Shown: piece by piece, positions 56,091-64,000 of the stretch
Position numbering within the stretch: position 1 is the first letter of the stretch
How the letters are laid out: every line of letters begins with the position of its first letter
IMG/VR virus record: IMGVR_UViG_3300022745_000018
Coordinates: 96,001 to 160,000 of that record
DNA length: 64,000 bases
Origin: a virus
Direction: 5' to 3' (one strand)
The notes under the pieces: generated by a model
Database searches by the model: none
Seen by the model: the letters and a program-made list of their open reading frames with translations, nothing else
Told to the model about the DNA's origin: nothing
Translations under genes and position numbers: made by a program

Positions 56091-56796
56091 TTAGCGATCT
56101 GATGATGGCGAGGAATGTACCGCGAGTGAGTGCCACTGCTTGAGCACTAGGACGAGTCTCAAAGAACTTTGATGCATCGCCCAATTCGCGTTGTTGTAGT
56201 TCCGTTAAGCGATTTATTAGAGGCCAATAATCCACAATTGCGGTGAATGAACCATCATCGTTCTTCTCGACTTTAACCACCGGTACACTAGTGGATCTGG
56301 TTATCATACCATCTTCATATCTACATTCTACCCATATTTCTGGTAAATTTTCGGAATCAACGATGCGTAAAACCGCAGAATCTGCGATTTGTTTGACGAG
56401 TTCGTGGTGCTTAAATTCCCAAAACTCAGCTCGTTCTTTCCAGAAATCAGTTTGAGATTGCGGTTTCTTGCTCTTGATCTGCTCGAGTTCTTCAAGTTCG
56501 TCTTCGATCCTAGCAGCTAACAAGAATCCTTCTCGTTTCTTTGGTTGTGCCTCTAAATTGCAAAACTCCAGAATGGCATTCTTTGCCGAAGTTAATGCAT
56601 CGATGATCGTCTCGATTTTTGGACCATCCCCGTTAACATCATCGGTAATGACTTTATTGATTTTACCGCGGCTGATATTCGCTTGGGATTTCACAAAGTC
56701 AAATGCACCATCCAACCCAGTGTTTTTGCAATGAGCACTATCTGCTTCATTGATCCAAAGTAGAGTTTCTGTTAATAGATCTATATTGAGTTTCAT
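56077..56796 (-). CDS. hypothetical protein
   Basis: Start moved to MKLNIDLL (ATGA overlap with the upstream extended frame). Confidence 0.65.
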   Translation of the reverse strand: MKLNIDLLTETLLWINEADSAHCKNTGLDGAFDFVKSQANISRGKINKVITDDVNGDGPKIETIIDALTSAKNAILEFCNLEAQPKKREGFLLAARIEDELEELEQIKSKKPQSQTDFWKERAEFWEFKHHELVKQIADSAVLRIVDSENLPEIWVECRYEDGMITRSTSVPVVKVEKNDDGSFTAIVDYWPLINRLTELQQRELGDASKFFETRPSAQAVALTRGTFLAIIRSLNDYD

Positions 56797-57137
56797 TTGA
56801 ATCCGATCATGAAGTGATATGCGAGAATTAGACATGTCAGGTGTACTGCTTGATCAACACCAATAACAACGAAAAACCAATGGCGCTCATTTGATAACTA
56901 GAGCTTCTTAGATACACGGCTAGTGCACCAGTCTGTGATGAAATGCAGTACCATATTGACCAGAGCAAAAGTCAATCCAGCCCACAGAAAGCATAGACTA
57001 TAGAGTGCTACATGTAAAGAGAGCGCTTGGTTGTCGGAACTTTTCGCTAAAGCGATCTCATCAGACTGAAGAATGAAGTCTGCAAACCAATGAACCCAAA
57101 CCAACAGCATCAAGACAATGATGGCATTCACTTGCAT
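56793..57137 (-). pseudogene. DUF3307-like membrane protein interrupted by an in-frame TAG at 56898-56900
   Basis: HWFADFILQ..H...H..D before the stop; HWFFVVIGVDQAVH continues in frame after it. Confidence 0.75.
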
Positions 57138-57370
57138 CCATCCTCGATCGTGCTAGCCAAGCGAAGGCTAGCATAGTAAGCTTGACTTGAACACTGCTTA
57201 ACGACTTCCGCCCAATCGCTCTGTCCGGTAACCACTGGTCCAGTCGGTACGGCTTTCAAGCATTCATTGAACTGTTCTCGACGTAGGCATTGATCAACAA
57301 CAGTGACATTTTGGTTTACATTGCATGCTGAGAGCAGTGCAGCGACCAAGATGATGAGGATAGTTTTCAT
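57128..57370 (-). CDS. small lipoprotein
   Basis: MKTILIILVAALLSAC lipobox; DQCLRRE.F..C motif. Confidence 0.75.
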   Translation of the reverse strand: MKTILIILVAALLSACNVNQNVTVVDQCLRREQFNECLKAVPTGPVVTGQSDWAEVVKQCSSQAYYASLRLASTIEDGCK

Positions 57371-57871
57371 TCTGAATTCTCTTTCTTGACAATGACGAGA
57401 TCTTTGTTCTTCGCCCAAACACATTCATTCATGATGATGCCATTAGAGACGGTGCCTTCAGATAGAATGCGAAATAGACTTTTGACGGTGATCTCAAATT
57501 CAACACCACGCGGATCCATGACTCTGAACAATTTGTTGCCTCTTTCACGGCTCACTGTGTTAACTAATTTGAACCCAGACAGAGGAACGTTGTCCCAAAT
57601 TCGCGGTGCATACTTCGGATCCAATGGTCTTTCCCAGACTACCTTCGGTGTTGTATACCAGCCATCGGTACACTTTGACCACCATTCACCGTTTTCTTTT
57701 TGCCAGACTTTAAAAGCTGACCTGCCGTAAGCCCAATCCGTCTGAGTCTTTTTTACGGTTTGCATCAGAAGACTGCTTCGGCTGATGCGGATGCAGAAAA
57801 CCCAAATCGACGTCATGAGACCATTGAGCTTTTCGCACAACAACGAAGAGTTGTTTCGGAATTGCAGCCAT
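57367..57871 (-). pseudogene. hypothetical phage protein with a one-base frameshift in an A6 run (57749-57754)
   Basis: MAAIPKQLFVV..LGFL frame switches to TQTDWAY..DN.PL.GFK..DPRG.EFEI frame. Confidence 0.65.
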
Positions 57872-58131
57872 CACGCTACCCAGCGGTTAACGACGTTCTT
57901 CTTGACGCCATGAGTCTTGAACAGGCCATTGCGACCAACCAAATTGGTGCAATAGTACCCACGATTGACGCGCTTACGAACATTCTTTCCACGAGTGAAA
58001 TCGTAGACGGTTTCAAACTCGTCGTAATTGCGGCCATTGAGTTCAACAATGAATCGTTGAATTTCACCAAAAGAGCGACCGTAGAGACCACCTTCTTTAA
58101 TGAAACCGAGAATTTGTTTAGTCTTTGTCAT
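57871..58131 (-). CDS. hypothetical basic protein
   Basis: AAGGA RBS; first gene after a class B promoter. Confidence 0.7.
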   Translation of the reverse strand: MTKTKQILGFIKEGGLYGRSFGEIQRFIVELNGRNYDEFETVYDFTRGKNVRKRVNRGYYCTNLVGRNGLFKTHGVKKNVVNRWVA

Positions 58132-58155
58132 GAGGATTTCCTTTCAATTTGAGTT

Positions 58156-58186
58156 ATTCTATATCCGTGACGATCATGTGGTTATT
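58156..58186 (-). promoter_or_regulatory. class B promoter (AATAACCACAT-N14-TAGAAT)
   Basis: Motif family member. Confidence 0.78.
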
Positions 58187-58449
58187 TTAGACTCCAAAGT
58201 ATCCAGGATGTTATCAATGGCTCTTAGTGCACTACCGTCACCACCATTGTACCATTGAGCATGCCGTTCCCATATACAGGTCTTCTTGACTTCTTTCATG
58301 ATAGATGCCGCGGATGGTTCTTCGTTCCGAATGAGTTCAACGAATTTCACCAAACTATCTAAAGAGAACACCGCCTCACCGCAGACTTCGCCGCCACCAG
58401 CTCTTACCAAATCAACGATTCTATCGGCATCCATTTTATGCTTTTTCAT
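58174..58449 (-). CDS. hypothetical protein
   Basis: AAGGA RBS. Confidence 0.65.
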   Translation of the reverse strand: MKKHKMDADRIVDLVRAGGGEVCGEAVFSLDSLVKFVELIRNEEPSAASIMKEVKKTCIWERHAQWYNGGDGSALRAIDNILDTLESKITT

Positions 58450-59128
58450 GTCGTTCCTTGATGTAGTCGATCACTGCGTTCAGAGCAGATGATCTGACAG
58501 CCAATTCACCAATCTGTTGCTCGAATACTGGCGGCAATCTCGTGTCATTCATTTCAGCCATTAACAATTCAGCTTCTATCATTGAGATACACCGAATGAT
58601 TAAGAGGGCTTCAGATGGCTCATCACTTTCTTTTCTTGACTGTTTCGACCGAGTGGATATAAATCCTTCAAGAGCTTCTTTACTCCAAGCACCAATCCAG
58701 CCATCTGGTGTATCTACCATCCATCGCACGATGCAATTAGTTGAACCAGCGTCATTTGGTGGATAGATCTCAAATTCCGAGTTTTGTGATTTCGCGATGT
58801 GTTGGCGCTCACGGATGAAAGCCATCACGTCTCGTAATGTATCGCCATCAGCTTCAAACATCAAAGCCGTTCTGGCATCATTAGACATTCTATCAAGTAG
58901 AGATTGTAATCTCGAAACCAATTCATGTTCATGTGTCATGTTAGTATCCTTTGAAATAAGATTCAGGTCATCATCGAAGAAAATCTTCAGAGCATCGGCG
59001 ATCCGCTGTACCTCAAGAGCATCAAATGATTTCCAAGGGCCTAGGGATGGTATTTCACGCCGCACAGCTTCGTACACGGTCTGTGCCATAGCTGCTCGTA
59101 GAGTAACGTTGATTACGACGTTATTCAT
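58436..59128 (-). CDS. hypothetical protein
   Basis: Operon packing. Confidence 0.65.
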   Translation of the reverse strand: MNNVVINVTLRAAMAQTVYEAVRREIPSLGPWKSFDALEVQRIADALKIFFDDDLNLISKDTNMTHEHELVSRLQSLLDRMSNDARTALMFEADGDTLRDVMAFIRERQHIAKSQNSEFEIYPPNDAGSTNCIVRWMVDTPDGWIGAWSKEALEGFISTRSKQSRKESDEPSEALLIIRCISMIEAELLMAEMNDTRLPPVFEQQIGELAVRSSALNAVIDYIKERHEKA

Positions 59129-59348
59129 GATAACGCTCTGGTGTAGGTGACCCTAACGCACAGGCTAGATTATACCAAAAGTCCCATCCCTCTTTGGTAC
59201 CAATCCAAGCAGTGAAGTTCCAAACTGCAGCTGTTGGAGTCGCGTACTTAACGTAAGTTATTGCCTGATCCGCCATCGATTTGGAAACGTCTTCGCTCAA
59301 CCCAAGTTCTTGGAGATGTTCGATGTATTCTGCTTCAGTCATTCTCAT
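59121..59348 (-). CDS. hypothetical protein
   Basis: W..T.EG.DFW motif; operon packing. Confidence 0.65.
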   Translation of the reverse strand: MRMTEAEYIEHLQELGLSEDVSKSMADQAITYVKYATPTAAVWNFTAWIGTKEGWDFWYNLACALGSPTPERYHE

Positions 59349-59743
59349 CCTTCTCTAGTGATTTCATGTGTATGTTGGTCAAGAAACGGGTTCAACTTTT
59401 CCTGCAACTTTTTGATGTGTCTTTCTTGAGCTTCGACCAATTCCCAGACGCTACTTACTTGATAGTAGTTAAACAAATCCAAGAAACGTTTGGCTTCACG
59501 CAAATGGTTAGCACTGATAGCATCGTAGATCATCAAATCTTCGGGTGTCGCCTCTAAAGACGGTAATGGAGTTACACGAGGTGGTTTGTCAGCCTCACAA
59601 TCAAGATCTTTCCTGAATATTGTGGTTGGTTTGCACTGCCCTTGTCTGTTTGGATTGTCTTTTGAATATTTTGGAGGTGTACCGTCGTACTCAAATGCAG
59701 ACCAATCAAAACGATGCTCCCCAATTGTTTTCTGTTCGTTCAT
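59345..59743 (-). CDS. hypothetical protein
   Basis: L..FY.V....LV.AQ..HI.KLQ.KL-like C-terminal module. Confidence 0.65.
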   Translation of the reverse strand: MNEQKTIGEHRFDWSAFEYDGTPPKYSKDNPNRQGQCKPTTIFRKDLDCEADKPPRVTPLPSLEATPEDLMIYDAISANHLREAKRFLDLFNYYQVSSVWELVEAQERHIKKLQEKLNPFLDQHTHEITREG

Positions 59744-59754
59744 GATAAGCTTCC

Positions 59755-59979
59755 TCAGAATCCAGTAAATTCAAGAAGTTCATTAAATTCTTGTTCACTC
59801 AAGTAAACATCCTTTGTCATGTAATTCGTATCCTCACCATCTGTTTCGTGAAACTTACGGACCTCTTGTGGTTTCATTACACAATGCGTGCCGTCCAAAC
59901 TGATGCGTACATATTGCTTACGTGGATTGCCATGTTTATCAAACATCAATCCATTTGATTGGCAGATTTGTTCATTCAT
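59755..59979 (-). CDS. hypothetical protein
   Basis: C-terminal EF..L.EF.GF motif common in small phage proteins. Confidence 0.65.
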   Translation of the reverse strand: MNEQICQSNGLMFDKHGNPRKQYVRISLDGTHCVMKPQEVRKFHETDGEDTNYMTKDVYLSEQEFNELLEFTGF

Positions 59980-60018
59980 GATTCAGATTCTCTATTCGTT
60001 CAATTGAGGATTACACGG

Positions 60019-60246
60019 TCATGCAAGTACGGTAACCGTGTATTCAAGTTTGGAGTCATCGAGCCCTAGCGAGACCTTATTGGCGGGGATTCCGTGCTCA
60101 CGGAGATACTTAATCACATATTCGTCTGATCCAACCTCGACTCCATAAGAGAGGCCATATAAGCATCTATCGCAATGAGCATCCGCTTGCTCTTGAGAGT
60201 AAGGGACTCTATAACGATTCGGTCCTATTTGTTCAATGATGCTCAT
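60019..60246 (-). CDS. hypothetical protein
   Basis: GAGG RBS, ATGA overlap. Confidence 0.65.
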   Translation of the reverse strand: MSIIEQIGPNRYRVPYSQEQADAHCDRCLYGLSYGVEVGSDEYVIKYLREHGIPANKVSLGLDDSKLEYTVTVLA

Positions 60247-60638
60247 TTGGTGCCTCTTGCACGAATGATGTTGATTAGATTTCCTTCTGGGTTGATTATG
60301 TTCAATTGAATTAAGTGGTTTATCACCGCATCGCGTTCTCTCAGCACGGCGGCTGCTAGTTGGTCGGTGGTGTAGATTTTTGCGTCTGTCGTGATTGCGA
60401 CATAACCCAAAAAGGTAGTTATATGAACGCCGATGTCGTTGACGTGCGACCAGCCAAAGTTAGCCACTGGCTCCCCACTCCCCGCAAGAAGCTCTGCTCG
60501 GTAGTCGTCTCGCATGAGTTGGGCGAAGGTTTGCAATTGATCTTCGTCGGTAGTCCAATACGGATCAGCAATCTCCAGAATGTTGGTGCAGTCACCAAAT
60601 GCAATGTTTGCAAATTCAATTACTTTTTGTTTATCCAT
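60243..60638 (-). CDS. hypothetical protein
   Basis: Start moved to MDKQKVIEF; EPVA and IRARG modules. Confidence 0.65.
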   Translation of the reverse strand: MDKQKVIEFANIAFGDCTNILEIADPYWTTDEDQLQTFAQLMRDDYRAELLAGSGEPVANFGWSHVNDIGVHITTFLGYVAITTDAKIYTTDQLAAAVLRERDAVINHLIQLNIINPEGNLINIIRARGTK

Positions 60639-60816
60639 CGCTTTTCTCCCCAATTTTGCACTCAAATACTTTCTCACCAACATAGAATGTCCCCAGTTTT
60701 TCGCAGTCTTCAACAACTGCACCGCGAGCGTATGCCCAGCTAAACACCCACACCACGGTAGCGATAACCGTGGCGGCTAAAGTTGCCAATACGATCCCCA
60801 GTGTGTCTTTATCCAT
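60631..60816 (-). CDS. small membrane protein
   Basis: N-terminal hydrophobic helix; CEKLG.FYVG.K.F.C motif. Confidence 0.7.
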   Translation of the reverse strand: MDKDTLGIVLATLAATVIATVVWVFSWAYARGAVVEDCEKLGTFYVGEKVFECKIGEKSDG

Positions 60817-61003
60817 GATTCAGTTCCTTCAAATCTTCTTTTGTCGTTTGTCTGATAGCATGCGCCCTACCATGAAGCACCTCCATAGCATCTCTAAAAC
60901 GATACCAAAACGAAAACGCACAGTCCGCTAACGCGGGTTCCCAGTGTTTTCCATCTAGAGACGAAGAAATTGGACTTTGAATTAAGTCTTTAACGGTCAG
61001 CAT
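60809..61003 (-). CDS. hypothetical protein
   Basis: W.PA...R..DA..VL.G.A.A motif; AAGGAG RBS. Confidence 0.7.
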   Translation of the reverse strand: MLTVKDLIQSPISSSLDGKHWEPALADCAFSFWYRFRDAMEVLHGRAHAIRQTTKEDLKELNHG

Positions 61004-61787
61004 TATTCAGCTCCTTGAGTTTGGATTCGATGGCGCGGAATGCCACCGGCACATTTGGCGGCTTCAGGTGATACCTGTCAGCAACTTCTTTCATTTCGTC
61101 AGTTGTCAGCCCAACCCACTCACGTTTAGGCGCTGGTTCGATACTCGTATCAAACGTGTAGGTCTTCTCAAAAATCTCGCGCCCAATTGGGTATTCTTCG
61201 CCAGAGACGCCTCGCATGATTAAGTCATCCGGCTTCACTGGTGTAATACCCTCTCTGGTTGAAACGTGTTTTTCACCCTCGCGCTGGTTTCTTACGTGGA
61301 CAACCACTGGCAACTTCATGCACGGAGTCCATTCGCTTCCAAGTTGGGTGCATTTTGGCGCTGGTTCGCTGGCTTGCGCTTTGGCGATGGCTGCGCGGGC
61401 ATGTTCCCAAGGTGAAAGTTCAACCTCGCCACACCACTGCATCTCTCCGCATTGCTGCGTATCATCGATCAGCCTTAACAACGCATCCAGCAACTCGTCC
61501 CGCTGCACCTCAAGTGCCTGCAGCTTCTTCGCCAATTCCTCGGCTTGTGAGTAAAACTGGCTCACGCCTTGGCCTTTGGCGCGCTCACTCGTCAAGGCTA
61601 CAGCGGCTTTTGCACCAAGATCGAAGGCAATCCAACGGTGTCTAACTGCAATTGCGTTGAGTCTGTATTGTGGGTTGTTTTCAGACAATTCCAACAAACC
61701 AATGTCTGATGGATATAGTTTAGCAAACGCGGCTCTAACCTGCGCATCAAAGTTCTCATCGGACTGTTTGGTTTGTTCTTCTTTCAT
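60990..61787 (-). CDS. mosaic accessory protein with PGDYG-like domain
   Basis: K.PVVV...T.EG....D.I.RGV.GE.YP....F.KTY domain; C-terminal WVGLT.DE..AIE.KLKE.N module. Confidence 0.72.
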   Translation of the reverse strand: MKEEQTKQSDENFDAQVRAAFAKLYPSDIGLLELSENNPQYRLNAIAVRHRWIAFDLGAKAAVALTSERAKGQGVSQFYSQAEELAKKLQALEVQRDELLDALLRLIDDTQQCGEMQWCGEVELSPWEHARAAIAKAQASEPAPKCTQLGSEWTPCMKLPVVVHVRNQREGEKHVSTREGITPVKPDDLIMRGVSGEEYPIGREIFEKTYTFDTSIEPAPKREWVGLTTDEMKEVADRYHLKPPNVPVAFRAIESKLKELNNADR

Positions 61788-61816
61788 TGTATGCTCTTGT
61801 GTAATTTTGTATTCAA

Positions 61817-61984
61817 TTAGTGTGATGAATCTTCTTTGGGGATTTGTTTTTCAGCGAGCTTCCACAGATCATTGAAATCTTTGACTTGTCTACTTTCGAT
61901 ACCCATTCGCATAATACGTTCCACGATTCTACCGCGAGCACGTGCTCGCTCTTCGCTGAGACGTTTGACTGATTCTTCTTTCAT
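61817..61984 (-). CDS. hypothetical protein, 55 aa
   Basis: Manual translation MKEESVKRLSEERARARGRIVERIMR...; fills the gap. Confidence 0.55.
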   Translation of the reverse strand: MKEESVKRLSEERARARGRIVERIMRMGIESRQVKDFNDLWKLAEKQIPKEDSSH

Positions 61985-61988
61985 TTCT

Positions 61989-62219
61989 TCACTCTAGTGT
62001 TGGTTTCGTATTTCCGTGCCCGATATCAATCACTGTGTAAGTAAATGCACAGTGATTGATAGATAGGATCGCATCAGCGAACGATAGAACCGCTGCTCTT
62101 TGCACTGGTCCAATCTCAGACCATTCTTTTAGACGCTCGCATCCTTCGCTATTAAGTAACGTCAAGATATCCTTTTCGGATGCGGTTGATGATGGTCTTT
62201 TATGACATGAGTCATTCAT
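61989..62219 (-). CDS. hypothetical protein
   Basis: Start moved to MNDSCHKR. Confidence 0.55.
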   Translation of the reverse strand: MNDSCHKRPSSTASEKDILTLLNSEGCERLKEWSEIGPVQRAAVLSFADAILSINHCAFTYTVIDIGHGNTKPTLE

Positions 62220-62370
62220 ACAACTTCTCCACGTCGATTCCAATCGGTTCACTGATTACTTCGTCAACAGACTTGAAGATATCTTCGAACATCCTATCAC
62301 GAACCACGTATGCGTCTTCGTAGCTCTCTGCTTCAATCTCTACACTAAATGAAACTGTGTAAATGGGCAT
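62212..62370 (-). CDS. hypothetical acidic protein, 52 aa
   Basis: Manual translation MPIYTVSFSVEIEAESYEDA...; AAGGAG RBS. Confidence 0.6.
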   Translation of the reverse strand: MPIYTVSFSVEIEAESYEDAYVVRDRMFEDIFKSVDEVISEPIGIDVEKLYE

Positions 62371-62433
62371 ATCATTCACTCCTTAATATCGAGGTATCTA
62401 GGGCTTGTCTAAGAGTACTAATGTTCATTGATA

Positions 62434-62763
62434 TCACCAGTGAATGTGAATGCCGAAGTTTTGGTGTTGAGGACCGTTGCCATCTAAATCTTTGAGACCC
62501 ATTGGGATGTATGGATCGCCGTATGGTTTGATCTCAGCACGATAACCCAAACCAAGTAATTTTTGAACAACTGCTTTCTGAAGAGGTTTAACCTCACCCT
62601 GAAAATGTCCAATGGTCCGGAAAGTACCTAAGTAAACAATGACGGAAAGCTTACCTTCTTTTGCTGCCGCAGTGACTTTGGGTTCGACTTCAGTCTTCAG
62701 AAAGACTTCTGATTGATGACCAGAATCATCATACAGTTTCTTTGCTTCTTGTGCAGTGATCAT
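62434..62763 (-). CDS. hypothetical protein
   Basis: MITA.EA...L..LGY...Y.P.GL.D...I.W pattern. Confidence 0.72.
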   Translation of the reverse strand: MITAQEAKKLYDDSGHQSEVFLKTEVEPKVTAAAKEGKLSVIVYLGTFRTIGHFQGEVKPLQKAVVQKLLGLGYRAEIKPYGDPYIPMGLKDLDGNGPQHQNFGIHIHW

Positions 62764-62987
62764 TTTGATTCTTGCTCCGCGTAGGGATGAACATACAGGG
62801 CTCTGATTTCGTACACAGGACGCCCATCATATTCAAATGAACGAATCTCTGCAAGCCGACTTTCAATGTTTGGATGATCACGTAATGTAACCGTCTTCCA
62901 CCCAGAATCACTCGATCTTACAAATTTTCTTGGTGTACGATTCAGACATCGATATTCATACTTTACTGGTTTTTGTCCCATGAACAA
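62760..62987 (-). CDS. hypothetical protein
   Basis: PV.Y.YR ... YE.RALY..P module. Confidence 0.65.
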   Translation of the reverse strand: MFMGQKPVKYEYRCLNRTPRKFVRSSDSGWKTVTLRDHPNIESRLAEIRSFEYDGRPVYEIRALYVHPYAEQESK

Positions 62988-63229
62988 TTCCCTAAAACGA
63001 TGACTTTCGACCGACGGCTATTCACGCACTGAGGCTGGTACATCATCCGCACCGCGTCACGTGCATCCGTTTCACATGAAAACTCCGTAGAATATGATCG
63101 AAACACACTCCAGAAGTCAGCTTCTTTAACCAAGTACATCCAATCAAAAAAGAAAAACGAAAACTTTCTAACATAGAACTTGTCTTTGTATGTAATGATG
63201 TGTGGTTTGAATGGATTGTAAAATTTCAT
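62963..63229 (-). CDS. hypothetical protein
   Basis: MKFYNPFKPHI....F.VRK pattern; GGAG RBS. Confidence 0.68.
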   Translation of the reverse strand: MKFYNPFKPHIITYKDKFYVRKFSFFFFDWMYLVKEADFWSVFRSYSTEFSCETDARDAVRMMYQPQCVNSRRSKVIVLGNCSWDKNQ

Positions 63230-63639
63230 TTCTGATCTCCGGACATTGCTTTAAAAGCCACCAAGTAAGCTTCGGCCCCTTCTTTTGTAGCATGGATGAA
63301 ACCAAGTTGTAGGAGCCAATGAAGATTCAGGTTTTTGTCGGTTGCACTGCGAATAGATACGATATCTGAAATGAAGACTTGCACGATAAACATGTCTTCG
63401 CCGACTAATGGCCATTCTTTCAATGGCTCTGGGTACTCGTAGTTGACATCATTGACTGTCACTTTGATCGTCTTTGGTTTGCGACGATAAGAGATATCAT
63501 CCTCCCACTCTGGCTGTGACGCTAATTGAATCCATCCAACACCGCGTAGATACCATTCCCATCGTTTCCAGGGTTCGCTAGTCTCTAATGCATCTTCTGC
63601 ATAGAGACGCATATTTTCTGCATGTACATGAGCTGGCAT
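63226..63639 (-). CDS. hypothetical phage protein
   Basis: H.HAE.M..YA.DA.ET..PW..WE ... YRRKP.TI ... PEPL pattern. Confidence 0.75.
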   Translation of the reverse strand: MPAHVHAENMRLYAEDALETSEPWKRWEWYLRGVGWIQLASQPEWEDDISYRRKPKTIKVTVNDVNYEYPEPLKEWPLVGEDMFIVQVFISDIVSIRSATDKNLNLHWLLQLGFIHATKEGAEAYLVAFKAMSGDQK

Positions 63640-63668
63640 TTTCGAACCTTCCGTTTAATTATGAATTG

Positions 63669-63699
63669 ATTGTACATTCTATTTGAATTTGTGGTTGAT
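63669..63699 (-). promoter_or_regulatory. class B promoter (ATCAACCACAA-N14-TACAAT)
   Basis: Motif family member. Confidence 0.72.
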
Positions 63700-64000
63700 T
63701 GAATGTGTCCAAATTGCAGCTGCTACTCTAACAATCGCAAAACGTGTCGCTGCTTCTTTATCTCCATCATGTTTCAAAACACACTCTTCGAATCGGCACG
63801 ATTCATTGTATGGGTAGAACCTAACAACTGCGGTTGGTTCCGCATCTGGGAAGAAGACGTGGAGACCTAATTTTGCAGCCAAACAGAATGCATCGTGGTT
63901 GCTTCTGACGGGATCCCACGTGTAAGTTCGCATTGGGTTTTCCCAAGCGGCTAACCCTAGAGAACCATCATAGTCTTCGGTTGGTTTGATGTAAGGTAAT
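63679..64000 (-). CDS. hypothetical protein, start probably outside window
   Basis: Frame stays open to the window edge; W.P.....DA..LA.KL ... ATR.AIVR.AA.I pattern. Confidence 0.68.
   Translation of the reverse strand, partial: LPYIKPTEDYDGSLGLAAWENPMRTYTWDPVRSNHDAFCLAAKLGLHVFFPDAEPTAVVRFYPYNESCRFEECVLKHDGDKEAATRFAIVRVAAAIWTHSINHKFK

Noticed and set aside
1-64000. Alternative genetic code (TAG readthrough)
   Set aside because: Core genes are full length in code 11; only one internal TAG was found.

Overview
A 64 kb segment of a large, divergent T4-like myophage genome (roughly 41% GC by eye). No host genes, integrase, transposase, homing endonuclease, intron or CRISPR array were seen. Layout: (1) 1-12.4 kb, minus strand, replication and nucleotide genes: dCMP deaminase, gp59, gp33, RNase H, DRB0094-type RNA ligase, a truncated terminase-ATPase paralog, topoisomerase II gp52 and fused gp39+60, tRNA-Leu(TAA), FmdB, gp32. 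(2) 12.5-17.7 kb, accessory island: small wHTH protein, NAD salvage pair NAMPT + NMNAT-Nudix, Pol-beta-type nucleotidyltransferase, 2OG-Fe(II)-like protein, SprT protease. (3) 17.7-24.3 kb, late-looking module of a ClpP-like protease plus beta-rich putative virion proteins. (4) A 540 bp non-coding region with a promoter, GNA-triloop hairpins and phased repeats (candidate origin). (5) Plus-strand gp4, gp2, gp55, gp47, gp46. (6) Baseplate and tail block: gp29-like, DUF4815 pair, gp8, gp7, gp6, gp25, gp5, gp27-like, gp53, gp48, and divergent gp54, gp26, gp51. (7) 50.3-64 kb, a dense array of small minus-strand ORFs. Best leads: the catalytically degenerate stand-alone terminase ATPase domain (possible immune decoy); a nine-copy non-sigma70 promoter class (ACYACAW-N14-TANAAT); a variant late promoter (ATTAAATT); a candidate -1 frameshift joining gp26 to gp51; an H-type pseudoknot in the gene 32 leader; and the protease-linked virion module with shared C-terminal DRxYS tags. 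Three genes carry single-base lesions that may be assembly errors. All family calls are by motif recognition; no searches were run.
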